Below, piece after piece: positions 47,794 through 61,450 of a stretch of DNA of 64,000 nucleotides. The notes below the pieces were generated by a model. It saw only the letters and a list, made by a program, of their open reading frames with translations. It did not search any database and was not told the DNA's origin. Each line of letters starts with the position of its first letter. Positions within the stretch are counted from its first letter, which is position 1. This stretch comes from Octopus sinensis (Eukaryota): positions 186,001 through 250,000 of the forward strand of contig NW_021836131.1 of assembly GCF_006345805.1 (NCBI RefSeq). Direction: 5' to 3'. A program made the translations under genes and the position numbers.

Positions 47794-48230
47794 AGACTGT
47801 TGCTCGCTAGACTGTTGGGAGCGTATTTGGGTAGTTCCCCTGGGACTCCATCATATCCTGCAGCTCTTTTATTGTTCATACGGTGAAATGCTTCCAGGAC
47901 CTCCGAGGGTGTTATTTCATTCAATAAGCCTCGCGGATGACCAATGAATGTGGGTGTATAAGTGTCATCTGTTTGGAGTTGTCTCTTGAAGTGGTCGGCG
48001 ATTCGTGATACTTTATCTTCATCGTCCAATATCATGTGTTCTGATTCATCCCATATCGATATTTTGGTATTTCGTGAGCCTCGATTAAGTAATCGGATGG
48101 CCATGAATATCTGGTTTCCAGGTGAGAGTCTTTCAATTTCAGTAACTTTATCGTCTAAGTATTTCATCTATAGTAGGCGTCCCCTGTCTCTAATTTCATG
48201 AAGGAGCCTGTTCAGTTTATTCTTTAGTTT
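47794..48230 (-). mobile_element. RTE-clade linker fragment abutting the satellite
   Basis: NEITPSEVLEAFHRMNNKRAAGYDGVPGELPKYAP is the RTE pre-RT motif. Confidence 0.75.
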
Positions 48231-48605
48231 TTTTTGGTTTCCATACCACAGTTTTCGATTCTCAGGCGGATGTCTCTTTTGTTTCTGACATCTCTCTCAG
48301 TTTTGAGTCATGGTATATGTAATTGTTTGAGCGGTTACTCCTGTATCCGACAGTATCCTCCGCGGTGGAGACAATATCATTTTTGTCATCGCAGAAGTTA
48401 CCGATCACTTGACGCAAAAAATCGACTTTTTCTCAAGTGTGAAAAATAGCTCCCAAGATTCCCATAAATGGGGGGTCTGGCGATCAAAGGGGTATCTGCC
48501 ACAGTAATGATTGATCTAGATTCAAGAAGAAAAAAATGGTTTTGTGATTCAAAAAAATATCAAAGACTTAGCGAAGTTAGAATAGCTTAATTAAAATTTA
48601 ATTCA

Positions 48606-51600
48606 ATAAATTTTATTTATTTAACCCCATTCTCCCCCTAAATTGGGAAGGATTGCGGGACGAAGAAAACCAACAGACTTTTTAGAGTTACACCATAAGT
48701 CAAGGATAGAATCAATCTTGTATGATTTTTTTAAGGCGGCAAGGTTTTTACATTTCAGAAAAAGGTGACTTACTGTGTGTCGTCCGTCAAGCCAGATTGG
48801 ACAACTCAGATCGACATTTTTGTCGAGTTTGTTTTGATAGTCGAGTAGTGAATGATGTTGCTCACAGTTCATTCTGATCTTTAAGGCTGAGATCCTTTTC
48901 AGCTGTATTTATTTTTGGAGGTTGGTTGTTGAGGATATTGTTTACAGTGAAGTGTGTTTAGGCAGGGCTTCGTTAATAGTTCTTTTATGTTCGATGGTTT
49001 TTTGTTAGTGAATAAGTTTAGAATTTTATAGTAGTGAAGTCCTGGCGTGTTTTTGATGTTCCTTTCAGGATTTTTATTGTCGTGAGATTGCGACTTGGAT
49101 GATTTTTGAGCATACTTGGTCAGGCAAAAATTGGGTTCCATGAATGTCAAATTGGTCTGCAAGTTTGATAGTGTTTGTCTCCTAATGCATATGTCGGCCG
49201 GAATAGACTTTATACAACTCGTACTAATTCTATGTGCTTGGTTTTGGATTGATTGTAATTTCTGAAGGAATGTTTTTGACGACAGGGGCCCCCATGATGG
49301 ACTTGCATAGTTCAATGTTGGAAAAATATATTGTTTGTATATAAATGTTGGACATTCTTTGTTTTGTTCAATGTCGGTTCCTGTGAGTGAACAAAGAGCA
49401 TTCATTGTACATTTGCATTTATAAGTCAGTTTTCAATGTGCTGGCAAAATGATAGGGAGGTATCATAGGTTATCTCGAGTATTTTGAGTTTTTGATGTGA
49501 AGGATTTGATTTTGTTGGTTGTGATTGTCGGAATGAAATTGTGTTCTTCTGTATTACTTGTTAGAAAGTAGCTGATGATTTAGTTAGTGATAGAGATAGC
49601 CCGTTTAGAGTAATCTAGTTATACAGATATTAATGAATGGTTGAACTTGGTTACATGCCGCCATTGGATCTGTGTTCGATGATGTGATAGTAATATCATC
49701 TGCGTTTAAGAACAGAGATACATTTTCTGGTGGTGTAGGAATGTCACTTAGGTAAGTGTTGAAAAGTGTGGGAAATGGGACAGATGACTGGGAGGATACA
49801 AGTACAGTAAAGTTTCTCGAATCCGCCAATTTCGGGGATCGGCAAAATCTGGCGGATTCGAGAATTTGGCGGATTCGAGAGACTTATCGATTTTTTAATC
49901 CATTAATAATTTAAATTATTAAGCCAAAATAATTAATTAAAAACAAAAAAATCAGTAAGTTTCGACTTGTTTCTTCGTAGAGTTTGGATCATTGAAGATC
50001 CAATGTTTTCAATATACTCAAGATTTTCTATATTAAAGAATTCTTCTTGATTATAGAACTCTTTTAATTTGTTTAAAGCGATAAAAGCCTCGTTAATGGT
50101 AACAACTTTCTGACTTTGTTCACACGGTTCTTCGCTAATTTCTTGTTCTATTTTTTCTGAATTATTTAATTCAAGTTCTTCACTTTCATTATATTCAATC
50201 TCAATATAAAGACTTTCTTCTAACGGATCAATAATATCCATTTTTTCCAGAATATTATCATAATTTTCAATTAAGGGATTTTCATAATTAATATTTTCAT
50301 TGTTTTGAGTCCATTTTGCATGAATGAAACAATTTAAAATTAAGGAACTTTCTATTTTGTTCCAAGCATAATATGTAAATAATATTGAATCTTTTATGCT
50401 TAGTTGTTTGTGTGCAACATAGGGGTTTGTCCCAGCTTCAATTTTTTGAATTATATTAGAAAATTTTAGAGAGTTGAATTTACATTTATACGATTTAATT
50501 ATGCCCTGATCCATGGGCTGTAAAAAAGATGTTGTATTAGGTGGTAGAAATAACATCTCAATTTGTTTTAATTCAATCAATACCTAATGTAAATTTCATG
50601 AAATTCACCTTATGTGCAGGAGATTGATCTACAACAAGCAAAATTTTTCTATCTTGTTTTCGCAATTCCATTTCCCATTTTAATAGAAATTGATTAAAAA
50701 TTCTGCTATCCATCCATGCTCTCTTTGAATTTGAATATATAACATATTTTTTGATATCGAAATTCTTGAAACATCTTGGATTTTTAAACAACCCAATTAG
50801 TAAGGGTGTTCGCTTATCTGTACCGTCAACATTTGTACATAACATAACAGAAACTCTGTCTTTCAGGACTTTATAGCCAGATTTAATGGTTTTACAAACA
50901 CTCTTAGACGGTATCATTTTGTAAAATAAGCCAGTTTCATCGGCATTATAAACATTTTGAGCTCCGTAAAGACTGATTTTATTTTTGATTAATTCAATGA
51001 AATCTGATACTAATTAGGGTCAAAATTTGGAGTTGCAGATTCTCCATGCATATTACGTAATTTCAAACCATTCCTTTTTTTAAATTTAACTAACCACCCT
51101 TTGCTTCCTTTGAATTCAGTAATCCCGAGATTCAATGCAAAGGCTTTTGCTTTCTCAGTAATAATCCTATCATTTAAAATGGCTCCTTTAAGATCCATTG
51201 AATTGACCCAAGCAATAGTATTATCATCGATTTCAGCAAGCTTTAAATATTGTTTGCGGGAAATGTCAGATCTTAGGTTATGAAACATAATGTTAGATTC
51301 TCTTTTACTTTTCAGATCATCAATAGATCGGCGAGAAACAGGCAAGTTGTATTTTTTTGAAAAAATCTCAGAAATTTTTAGTGAAGATAATTCATTATTT
51401 GTTTGAATAAACTTCAAAATCTCAATTTTTTGATTGTTTTTTAGTCTTGTACAGTTACGTTTCATTAATACAACAACAAAGACAGATGTAACGTGTTAAT
51501 AAATTGATTATATATCAGTAAATTTAATTAAAAAAATTATTTAAAATTAAAACACATGGCGGATTCATTATAAAAAATATGGCGGATTCGAGAATTTGGC

Positions 51601-51960
51601 GGATTCGAGAATTTTTTCTAGGAAAAATGGCGGATAAGAGAATTTATTAATTATAATTGGCGGATTCGAGGGTATGGCGGATTCGAGAGTCGGCGGATTC
51701 GAGAGACTTTACTGTATTTGAGAGTTTTTTATTTAGTTGGATATAACCTTGTCTCCCACTGAGGTAGTTGGATAACCATCGTTTTGAGTTATTACCAATG
51801 TTAAATGTCTGTAGCTATGTTGCGCTTTGCTGATTTGAAGTTGATGAGATATTCTGTTTAGAATTAGAAGTTCCATTATTTTTGAAGTGGTGCATAGAAG
51901 TGTAATTGGTCTGTACGATGATAAGTCGAGGCTGGTTTATTTGGTTTTAATTTCGTGATT
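48606..51960 (-). mobile_element. Jockey/I-group LINE 3' half, degenerate, split by a pogo insertion
   Basis: RWLSNYLSGRQGYI (~51740-51780) then PTLFNTYLSDIPTPP...NADDITI (49605-49800), YKQYIFPTLNYASPSW, C-terminal CP...HTVSHLFLKC, (TAAA)n tail near 48606-48620. Confidence 0.85.
49805..51714 (-). mobile_element. pogo/Tigger element, near full length (one frameshift, one intron)
   Basis: TA-CAGTAAAGTTTCTCGAATCCGCC / GGCGGATTCGAGAGACTTTACTG-TA; HTH, GSKGWLVKFKKR, YNADETGLFY, VVDQSPAHK|VLIEL...LPPNTTSFLQPMDQGII; intron at 50584-50608; frameshift near 51012. Confidence 0.93.
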
Positions 51961-51974
51961 TATGCAACAGGCTC

Positions 51975-52345
51975 GAAGAATTGGAAACCCTAATTTTCCG
52001 CATTTCCAAACTTGAATCCCATTTGTGCCTTTTCTTGCTCAAGAACTATCTCTTTATTCCGAAGCTAACTTATCTCATGCGCTCATTGCCCTGCTTTCTC
52101 GAACAAAATTACATATCTCGTCTCGACAACATGGTCTCCAAAGCTCTTGAGCTACTTGTAAATACTAAATTCAAACCTTCAGACATGCGACGGGTTAATC
52201 TACCTATTCGTTACGGGGGCATCGGCATTCGTTCTTGGGGTGATTTATCCCTCCCATGTTACCTTTCCCCGTTGTCTGCTTCCGCTAGTTTCGTCGACTG
52301 TGTTCTCTTCCCCTTCTCTGAACAGCTCGAGTTGTTGGAATGCAC
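51975..52345 (+). mobile_element. CRE-clade post-RT fragment
   Basis: LFLLKN...PKLTYLMRSLP...VNLPIRYGGIGIRS...CYLS. Confidence 0.75.
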
Positions 52346-53219
52346 GGTTAATTAGTAATTAGTTTTTTTTTATTAATTAACTGTTAATTAGTTTCTTTTT
52401 ATTAATAAAGGACTCAGTTTAAATTAATAAATTACTATTGTTTTTTTCTAAAAACTGGATATCTAAATGGTTCATTATTGTCATTGTAAGGAGATTTTAT
52501 TGCTTTAAAATCTGAGTCCAAAAATATTTGAATTTTCCACAGTATAGTTTTCTAAAATATATAAAGCTTTCATAATATCACAACTTTTATTACTACTCTT
52601 GGAGTTACACCAAAGATATCTAAACATGCATTTATAACATTATTTTTCTATAAATTAATTTTATTAATGTAATAGATACCATGGAAAAGTCCAAATCGCT
52701 AGGTTTAATGTTTGCTTTAGACAAAAACCTGAAGTATTGAATAAACAAATGCAACTTTTCAGGATCAAACTTTTCTCGTAATTCTAAACATTTTTCAAAA
52801 TATTTTTTTTCATTTTCAAATTTTCCTCCATTTGATATCCATGTTGCTTCCCTGAATTCTAACAAAAATTTTATTACATTGATGTTTTTTGATTATTTTG
52901 TGGATTGAATGTCCAATATTTATATAGTTCGCTTTCAATTGACTAGAATGAAGTAATTTAATAAAACTTTCAGTTCCGTTATATCGAATTCTCGTTTATT
53001 TGTTTCATTTTTTTCATCAAAAATAACTAATCCAAAAATTCTCCATCCAGAGAAACTATCTTTTTCAAATTTATAATTCAGTTCATTAGTATTGAGCTAT
53101 ATTAAATAATTTTATTTTTTACTTCAATTTCGGCTGGAGGCCAAATAAACTCAAAAATATAGTCAGGCACGATATAATTTTTTAGCATTCGATCATCATC
53201 AAAACTAGTTGGATGACTT

Positions 53220-55752
53220 AAACAATATATTTTTGATATTACTAAAATTTAAAATTGTCTAGTTCTATGTCTTCTGGTTCTGAACTGCATTCGAATTGAT
53301 CTGCTTGATATTCTTCAGTTTCTTCCGATAAATGCGTTTCTTCCACATCAGAAGAAATTTTTGTCGCTTGAAAAGTAATTTAATTTTTTAAACATTGAAT
53401 TGACTGCTGATTAGCCCCACAAGCAAAATCTTCATCTCTGATATACTATGAATAAAAATATGTAAACTTGTCAATATCAAATAATGTTTCCATAATTTTA
53501 TATTCCGGTATATTATCGGTGAAAATTTTGTTGGCATGGTTAAGAAGAATATAAATTACTTTTATTGAGGTGTTATCGAGAATATTTGCCATATTTTGAT
53601 TATTTATATTTGTAGCAAATATAAGCGCCAGATTAGCTAAAGTCATTTTGTTGCTTTCAGATACAGCGGCAACTCTAAAAAAACTAAAAAATTTGATGAA
53701 CTACTTTGTTAAAAAAAGGCAAAGAAATTGAAGGTTTTTTCTATAAACAGATGAAATAGATTTTATGACTCCTTTTATTTTTTCCAAATCATTTTCATTT
53801 TTTGAAGTAGAAACTAATATTTCAAATTAGTTTTTTAGTAATTTTTCATAATGCATTAAAAAATCCTTAACCTATGCTTTCTAATTTTTTTAGATATTCA
53901 GATGGTAGTAATGGGCTGGACAAATTACGTAAATATTCCTTAAAAACATCACAGTAGTCCATTATGTCACAGTTGGAATAATAATAACCTTTAAAATGCG
54001 AAAAAATTTAAAACCTGATTCAAAAAGATTTTTTAGTTTTTTGATATTTATAGCATTTCCCGCAAGACGAAAAACTCCTTCAGTCGAAATGTTTAAAGAA
54101 GTAATTTTTTCAACACAGAAAACGAGAATAGGTGAAATCTCAAATCCAGACATCTAGTTTTATATTATACGTTTATCACCCGACAGTGCTCTTCGATAGA
54201 TCCACCGAATATTTTACAATTTTCTCCCCATTTTCCGATTGAAAAAAGCTTCTCTTCATACTTAATTAAACCTGTTCTAATTAAAAATAATTTCTTGTCA
54301 TCAAATACCCAATAATAAAATTATTTGAGATTTTTGCATTTGATTCAATAACAATTCCAGAAAAAAAATTTGTTGAGATCTTTGCTTCTTGCAATCTGGC
54401 TAATGCCATTATCCTTTCCTCGAAATTCTAAATTAAATATCTAAAACCAATCTACATTGAAAATTGGAACCAAAAGAGGTTTTAACTGTTTCCAAGGTGT
54501 TCCTTCTTTATATCCATTAAAAAGTACTTCTTCAACTGTTTTTTTGAGAGTAGACACCGACGATAACTAAATATATACTCTATGATGTTACTTTATATAG
54601 TTGTTGCTCATAAATTGAAATCTTTTCCTTATTTTTAATTAAAACTTCGGGAAATTTTGCAAGATATTCAATTTCTGATTCGGAAATTACATTAGACTAA
54701 AATGTTTTAATTCATAAAAAATGCACTTTCCGATAAAAATATTTACAAAATCGCTTTTTTGAACAACTTTCGAAAAAAGATTTTATATTTTCTTTGTAAA
54801 ATTCCTCGTCTTCAACAACATTAAAGACACCCGTGATTGAGGTTAGTAGAAGTGAATATGAAGGAATTTTACTTGAGCTAAGATCAACAACTTCTTTTAG
54901 ATTCTCAAAAAAAGTGTCAAACAAGATTTGAAATCCAGCATCACTCATCTATTATGTTAATAAAAATGTAGACAAATATGATTTCTTCAAATAAAGCGTT
55001 TATAAAAAATTCTAATCCCTGGTTGATTTTGGCAGTTTCTTGCATGAGCAATGCAAAATTGTAATGCTTCTCTGTGATACTTCATTGAAGACTCCATTTT
55101 CTAATAAAGCATTAAAAGCCCAAAATACCGATTTTACATTTTTTTTATCCATTTTTTTAATTAACTCGTCATCTTTTTTAACTGATTTGTTAAAAGCAGT
55201 CATATAAGTTGATAGTAACTTTAAATGGTTAAAATAATATTTTACTTTGGAATGCTGATCATTAAGCTTGTTAATATATATTTGATATTTATTCAAAATT
55301 GCGGAACACTGAATAATTATGCATAATTATACCGAAACTACAAGGAAGTCACATAAATTTGGAAAAATATCACTAATTAAGGGCAGTCCACATAGAGTAT
55401 AATTCGAAAATGGACGAATGTATGCTGCCTGGCTATCCCCAAATGCTATCAAAGAGCAATTAAGGCCTGAAAGTTCAACAGATCGAATAATTCTATTATA
55501 GTTATAAATTAAATAATTATACTTTGTTTTCTCGCTATAAATACGAGATATTTTTTCCAACGAATTGGTATAATCACGACTTGCCTGGCCACATTTTTGT
55601 AAAATTTCGCACCATTCAGTAAAAAGTAATTTGTACTCTCCATTTCTTGCAGTGATAATTTCTTTAGCCTTATCAATTAAATTCTGGATAGCTGAAAAAT
55701 AAATCCTTGAACTTGTACATTTTAAAGGAATTATATAACTATGGGTTTCCAT
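53220..55752 (-). CDS. F-BAR-like plus RhoGAP protein (srGAP/ARHGAP4-like); 3' end unresolved
   Basis: KIFGGSIEEHCR|MSGFEISPILVFCVEKI...TEGVFRLAG (arginine finger), MTLANLALIFATN; N-terminal helical region ...CGQASRDYTNSLEKIS. May continue to ~52600. Confidence 0.75.
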
Positions 55753-56115
55753 TATTTTGAGTTAAAAATTAATTGAAGAATAATTCAGAGTTATAATTAC
55801 AATATTGTAATATTAAATTTATTAAAATGAAATTTTACTGAATTAAATAAATTAAATAAAAAACAAGATTTTTTATTTATTAACAAAATGATGGCAACTA
55901 TGAAGATTTTTCGAAAATGCAAACAATGGATCAGTTAGTAATATTAATTCATTTAATGAAATTCAATCAAATCTAATTTTGACTTCAAATCTCTTCAAAA
56001 TTTTTTAAATGCTTTCGAAATTCTTTGAATGCCTTTCAAAAATCTTTTATTTCAAGCCAATCTTTAAATTACATTTTAATGGGTTTGCAACCTACTCGAC
56101 TACCGCAGTCTAGAG

Positions 56116-57789
56116 CAGGGGTTCTCAACCTTTTTAGCTCATGGGCCAAATCGATAATTAAGAATATCTTTGGGGGCCGCACAAAAAATATTTTATGTTA
56201 TTAATGAAAAGAAGGCTTTATTAAGTAATAAAAATCAATGCGAGACTTGATTCTGTTTGGCGTCTATTATTTTGTCGAAACAGGGAGTAAAAGTAGAACA
56301 CGATGTGCGTAAAGTAGGTGTCCATCAGTCAATCGATTTCGATACTTTGTTTTTATTTGCGTAAGTTTGCTGGAAAGAGCTTCACATGTATACGTTGATC
56401 CGAAGACTGATGCATTTTTTTGAGCATTATCGACCAAGTTCGGATATTTCCACTGTGGAATTCGACCCCAAAAATCCAATAGTTCACTTGACTTAAATAG
56501 CGCGGTAAGTTGTAAATCTGCCTGCATTTCAATTAGTTCCAGTTGATATATGTATGGAGCGGTTGCAGCATCTGTTTCCATAGGTGACGAAAATATTTTC
56601 ATAATAGGTAGAGCTTCTTTAAAATCATTAAAACGTGTTTCGAATTCATCGATTAAGTCACTAATAACGCAGATATATTTTTCATAGGATCCATCTTCCC
56701 TGTGATTTGAAAGTATTGGGAAATGAATGGTAACTCTACTTTCAATTTGTATATTCCAAAGTTGTAGTTTTTCGATAAATGCAGAAACCACTCCGTACAA
56801 TTCATGACATAGTTTGCCCTTACCCTGCAGAGAAGTATTCAAAATTGAAAGGTGCGTAGAAATATCTACCATAAATGCTAAATCTGCAATCCACTCCTTA
56901 TCAGTAAGCTGAGGATAAAATATCTTATTGGCAATAAAATGCATAATCTCCGGGAGAAGGTCATAAAATCTAAATGCGATTTAGTTTAAATTTATATAAC
57001 CTTTTTAGACATGCTGCCCGACTCAACCATCGTACAGTTGTATGCATAAGCAAATCTCCATACTCGGAATAAACACGGCCATTTGTTCTGTATCACTGAT
57101 ATCTTTAGTGATGTCAAGAGCAATAGAATAGTGTACGAAAAACTTGGATTCAGTGAGTAGCTGGTAATGAAGATCGTCAGATATGCTCTCAATTCTCCGA
57201 GAAACTGTATCATTGCTAAGCTGTAAGTTTCGACCAATTTTTTTAATTTCTGAAGAGCAACATTCTTCTGTAAATATATGAATAGCTTGCTTAATGAATT
57301 CTCCATCTGAATATGGCTTCATATTTTTTGCAAGTAGATTACTTATTTTGTATGAAGCTAATGTTACGGATCTTGATAAGTGGGGCTGTTTTAACAAATT
57401 CGTTTGTAGTTTGCGATTTGATTTCAGAGATTGAAATTTTATTTTTCTTGATTCACCTTGAAGTGAATCATATTCAGAAGAATGTTTCGAATAATGCCTC
57501 TCGACATTATATGTCTTAAGACATCGTATTACAGAATGACAAATTAGGCAATGTACGTTACCATTTTCTTCAAAATCGAAAAATTTTTCTTCCCATTCGG
57601 GGTTAAATGCACGATTTTCATGAATAATTTTTCTACTTCGTTTAACACGTTTATCAGACATCACAAACAATATTATTTAAACATTAATGTACAAAATATT
57701 TAATATAAAAACAAAAAATATTTAATATATTTTTATAATTTTAATCGGGCCGCACCAAAATTGTGGCGTGCCGCGGTTGAGAACCGCTG
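56116..57789 (-). mobile_element. SPIN/GTF2IRD2-type hAT, internally deleted
   Basis: CAGGGGTTCTCAACC / GGTTGAGAACCGCTG; ENRAFNPEWEEKFF...CLIC, LSNDTVSRR, YSIALD, then VRWLSRAACLKR|FYDLL via 31-nt intron 56970-57000, FGSTYTCE. Confidence 0.92.
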
Positions 57790-57959
57790 CTTTAGACATT
57801 CGAACAAAGTAGAGTGCAAAGGCTTCTTTTCGATTTTTTTCATAGATATTCACGTTGAAGTTTCACCAGGTCCTATATTTTCAGTTCATTCACATTTTCA
57901 TTGTATTTTCGAAACAAGAATTCTGCGATAGTGGCCATATGCGTTTTCTTTGAATTGAT

Positions 57960-59420
57960 GACCCGCAGAATTCCTGCTCTTCATAGGCAGTAGTTTGCCT
58001 TATGTTTCAAATCAGCATAAATTGAAGAAGCATTCTCTCCGACTTATTACTAACTGACTCCAGGCCTCTCCCAAATTTCTTTCTTGAAAGATAAAGTCTT
58101 TTTTTGTTTGCTGGTTTCAAGTGGATATGATTGTCCATAACAATTCGACGAATATTTTTATCGATTTGCTTGAACTCTCCGGGCTCAATATCAATCAATC
58201 CAATATAATAGTTGAATAAATTGAATTTTTTTTATAAAAACGGAAAAGCCGAAAAGAGAGAGAAATTTATTGAGACAACGTATGCCTCTTCTCCGTTGTT
58301 TCCCTCTTTTTTTTAATTCGAGATTCGAGAGGAAAAGGCTCTCTTAAGAACACTTCTAACTGTTTTCGTCGCGTCTTCCATCTCTTGAGGGAGGGTTGGT
58401 CCAGCTGGAGTCCATTTGCCAATTTGATGGCATATCGTCTCGTCTTTTCGATCTTAGAGATAATGCCATCCCTCTCAGCAATAAAGTACCATCCCTCGAA
58501 CCCGTAGGTAAGTAATGGTTCGACGCACGTTTTATAAACATGTAAAAACCTTTCCGGACAAAGGTGGAAGTGAATTATGCTCTTGAGAATTTGAGCGCAT
58601 TTTCTTCTCCTCGAGTCGATGTATCTGAAGTAAGAACCTTTGGTTAGTTATAGAGCGAGAGTGCGTGTTCGTTTATACCCTTGAACAAGTTTACAGAATT
58701 TAATTCAGTTTGGGTCAGGTTTTTAATCCTCTTCGATGTTTCTTCATAGATTTTCTCCATAACTTTAGAACGTTGCTATTTTTATCTTCAAGAACCCTAA
58801 GATGTCGGAATCCTTCGAGCCCATCGAGTAAGCAAGCTTTCATAGACAAAGAAATGATATTCGTCGCAGATTTTTCAACATTTCTTTCCAATCCAAGTAG
58901 GTCGAAAAACAATTCAACTTCTACCATCATTTCCATTACGTCATTGTGACGTAAAAATAGTTATATATCGTCCATAAAAAGAAGGTGGTTAGTAGCATAT
59001 GCGGGTTCCCCCCTTCCTGAGTTTCCCATCATTACTTTCGGGAATTTTCCGTTGAGCATTCGGCTTAGAGGGTCCATCAACAGCACAAAGATCAGAGGTG
59101 AGAGATAATCTCCTTGCAGTATACCTCTATTGATTTTAACTTCTCCCAGTGATCTGTTTTTAAATTTATACTGATTTTCCATTTGGTGGTGAGTTTCTTA
59201 ATAAACATTATCATTCAACATGGGAGGCCAGAGTCTGGATTAAGAATTCGTGGTCGACTGAGTCAAATGCTTTCCTCACATCAATCCACATACAAGATAG
59301 CTTATTCTCATTTTTTGGTTGATACATTGATTTACAATTGCCGGAATACAGCGTCTGTATCCTTGACAGGTTCCTCTGATGTCTCGTGGTGGCTCTCCAA
59401 AACAATAAAAACACTAAAAC
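57960..59420 (-). mobile_element. R4/NeSL-type non-LTR RT fragment, degenerate
   Basis: WIDVRKAFDSVDH, INRGILQGDYLSPLIFVL, NHLLFMDDI, RLYLSRKKFGRGL. Confidence 0.85.
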
Positions 59421-60934
59421 TGTTTGGTAAACAAACAGATTAAAAAATTTTCTAAACTTTCCTGTAAAAAATTTTGGTTGGATCTTGGAAAACTATTTGA
59501 AAGAAAGTTCTTTCAACTGAGCATGAGGTCGGCTGAAATTCAAAAAATGAAGAAAAAGGGTTACACAGCTCCAACCGATCGAATCTCTTGGTTTTTCTCT
59601 CACATGAACGCCATTGAGAGACGTTCAAACATGGGATTTTAGGGGGGGTCTCGAGGGGATTTTTCGTTGACAAAGAAATCCGTCTGAAAAAAGGAAGAGT
59701 AGATGTTCCAAAATTCTGTAAGTTTCCAAGATCATTGACTGGACGATAAAGTCTGCTGAATTTTCGGTGTTTAGTTAGCTTGGATTCTACGTATGTTCTT
59801 GGTGATGGCCTCAAATTTGAGGCTAAATAAACGAGATTAGACTGCGAGAAAATGTCGTTACATGCACAGTTCCAAATAGACATTTACCCTTCAGTAAAAG
59901 GAAGAACGTAACTTTATCTGGGCGTTTTCAATCCTCAAGGAAATCCTAGGGGCTTCAGTTGAGTGAACAGGCATTAAGCGAAGTCCTAGATTGTGACTGG
60001 CCAGCACTCCTTAAACAAGAAATTGGTTCTGGTTTAGAGAAATTCTAGAGATCCGTAGGGGACTTACACAAAATGTTATCCTAGTGCTTCTAAGAAGAAA
60101 TAAAACCCAGAACCTCGTGTGATCTCTCTTGCCAAATGTTATTTTGGTTATGTTCTAATATCATTTTTAAAGCCGTTTAATTATGATTTTTTGATAAATT
60201 TATAAATTCGAACGATTCTAAACAATCATCCTTTTCAAATGTGAAGCGCGTACTTTTGAATTTTGTAACAATATCTGCAATCGCGACATTATTCGAAAAT
60301 CTGAAATATTTCAATAGCTTTGGATAAGATCTTATAGACCAGAGGTCGATAAAGGCTAACTCATTAGCTTTTGGTGGCTCTTTAAATTTCAAGTAGGTTC
60401 TTTCAATAAAAATTAAACCAAAATTAATAATACGCGATATTTTTAATTGAAATGAAGGATATTTTTTTGTATTCACATCTAACTTGGAAAAATTACAAAA
60501 ATGACTTATTTGCTAAGAAAATTTAAATCAAAATAAGAAATCAAATTTAGAAAGCCATTTTAACATAAAGCACGAAAATATTGAAGATATCCAATAAGTG
60601 ACTCACGAAAGAAAGCTATAAAAAAACTTGTCAAAAATATTTAGTTTAAGAATTAATTTTTTAAATATTGGCAACACAAAAAAGAATCCTCTTCCGGATT
60701 CTTTTGATGAATTAAAAAAATTGCATATAGAATTATGACAATGTTTGGGTTTACTATAGGTGTAAACAAAGTTTTTCGCATATAAATCAAATCAAAATTA
60801 AGAAACAAAATTGCAAACCTGAACCTAGAATCAAACCACAAATTAGAATTGACTATACCATTTTTTTTTGATTCATCAATTTATTTTTAGAAACAGAGAA
60901 TAGGATATTCACGGATTAATAAAGAGCCTGGAGG

Positions 60935-61450
60935 TCAGCTCAAAGTCGCCGCACTGCGTATCGAGTGGCAGTTTCCGCGGAGCACCGCGACCGAGATTCG
61001 CTGGAAGAGCCAGCTCGTCTCCCTCCGGTCGTTGGTCTTCCTGGCAATTCTCCTGGCAATGTCGGCAAGAAGGCGAGTCGCAGACCTGCCGACGATTCCA
61101 GATGTTTCGAAGGCGAGGGGGACAAACTCGTAAGAGTCCGAAATATTTCCATACTTCGACCTCTTAGCCTCCTCAGCCTGAGCACTGGCAGAACCCGGGT
61201 TAGTGATGGACTTGAGTAGCACAGTCGCGGAGAAAGAGTCAACACAAGTTGCATCCCAAATCAGGGACTTGCCTTCCCTGAAAGGGAAGGTAGTCATCCC
61301 GTCAGGACGCTTTCCATCACTCCGACAGAGACCGACTGGCTCTAGAGTGGAGGGGAAACCTGCCGACTCTAGAGCCCTTTTCACGACGTCATTGAGGTGA
61401 GTGTGGCGAGGAATTCTGCCAGCACTCTTCTTGCACGAGAGGGGGTGCAA
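60935..61450 (-). mobile_element. CRE-clade 3' end: zinc-knuckle end plus restriction-like endonuclease
   Basis: HPLSCKKSAGRIPRHTHLND...LEPVGL.RSDGKRPDG...WDATCVD...AEEAKRSKY...FVPLAFETSG...LFQRISVAVLRGN. Confidence 0.92.

Noticed and set aside
59440-60110. DIRS/Ngaro-like RT-RNase H remnant on the plus strand
   Set aside because: Only faint motif echoes across many stops; cannot be supported without a profile search.
60177-60880. Host gene from ORFs 60177-60476 and 60653-60841
   Set aside because: No recognisable domain and no clean exon chain found.
1455-61400. Numerous 60-100 aa ORFs antisense to GC-rich TE fragments
   Set aside because: Shadow ORFs of retrotransposon and transposase coding strands.
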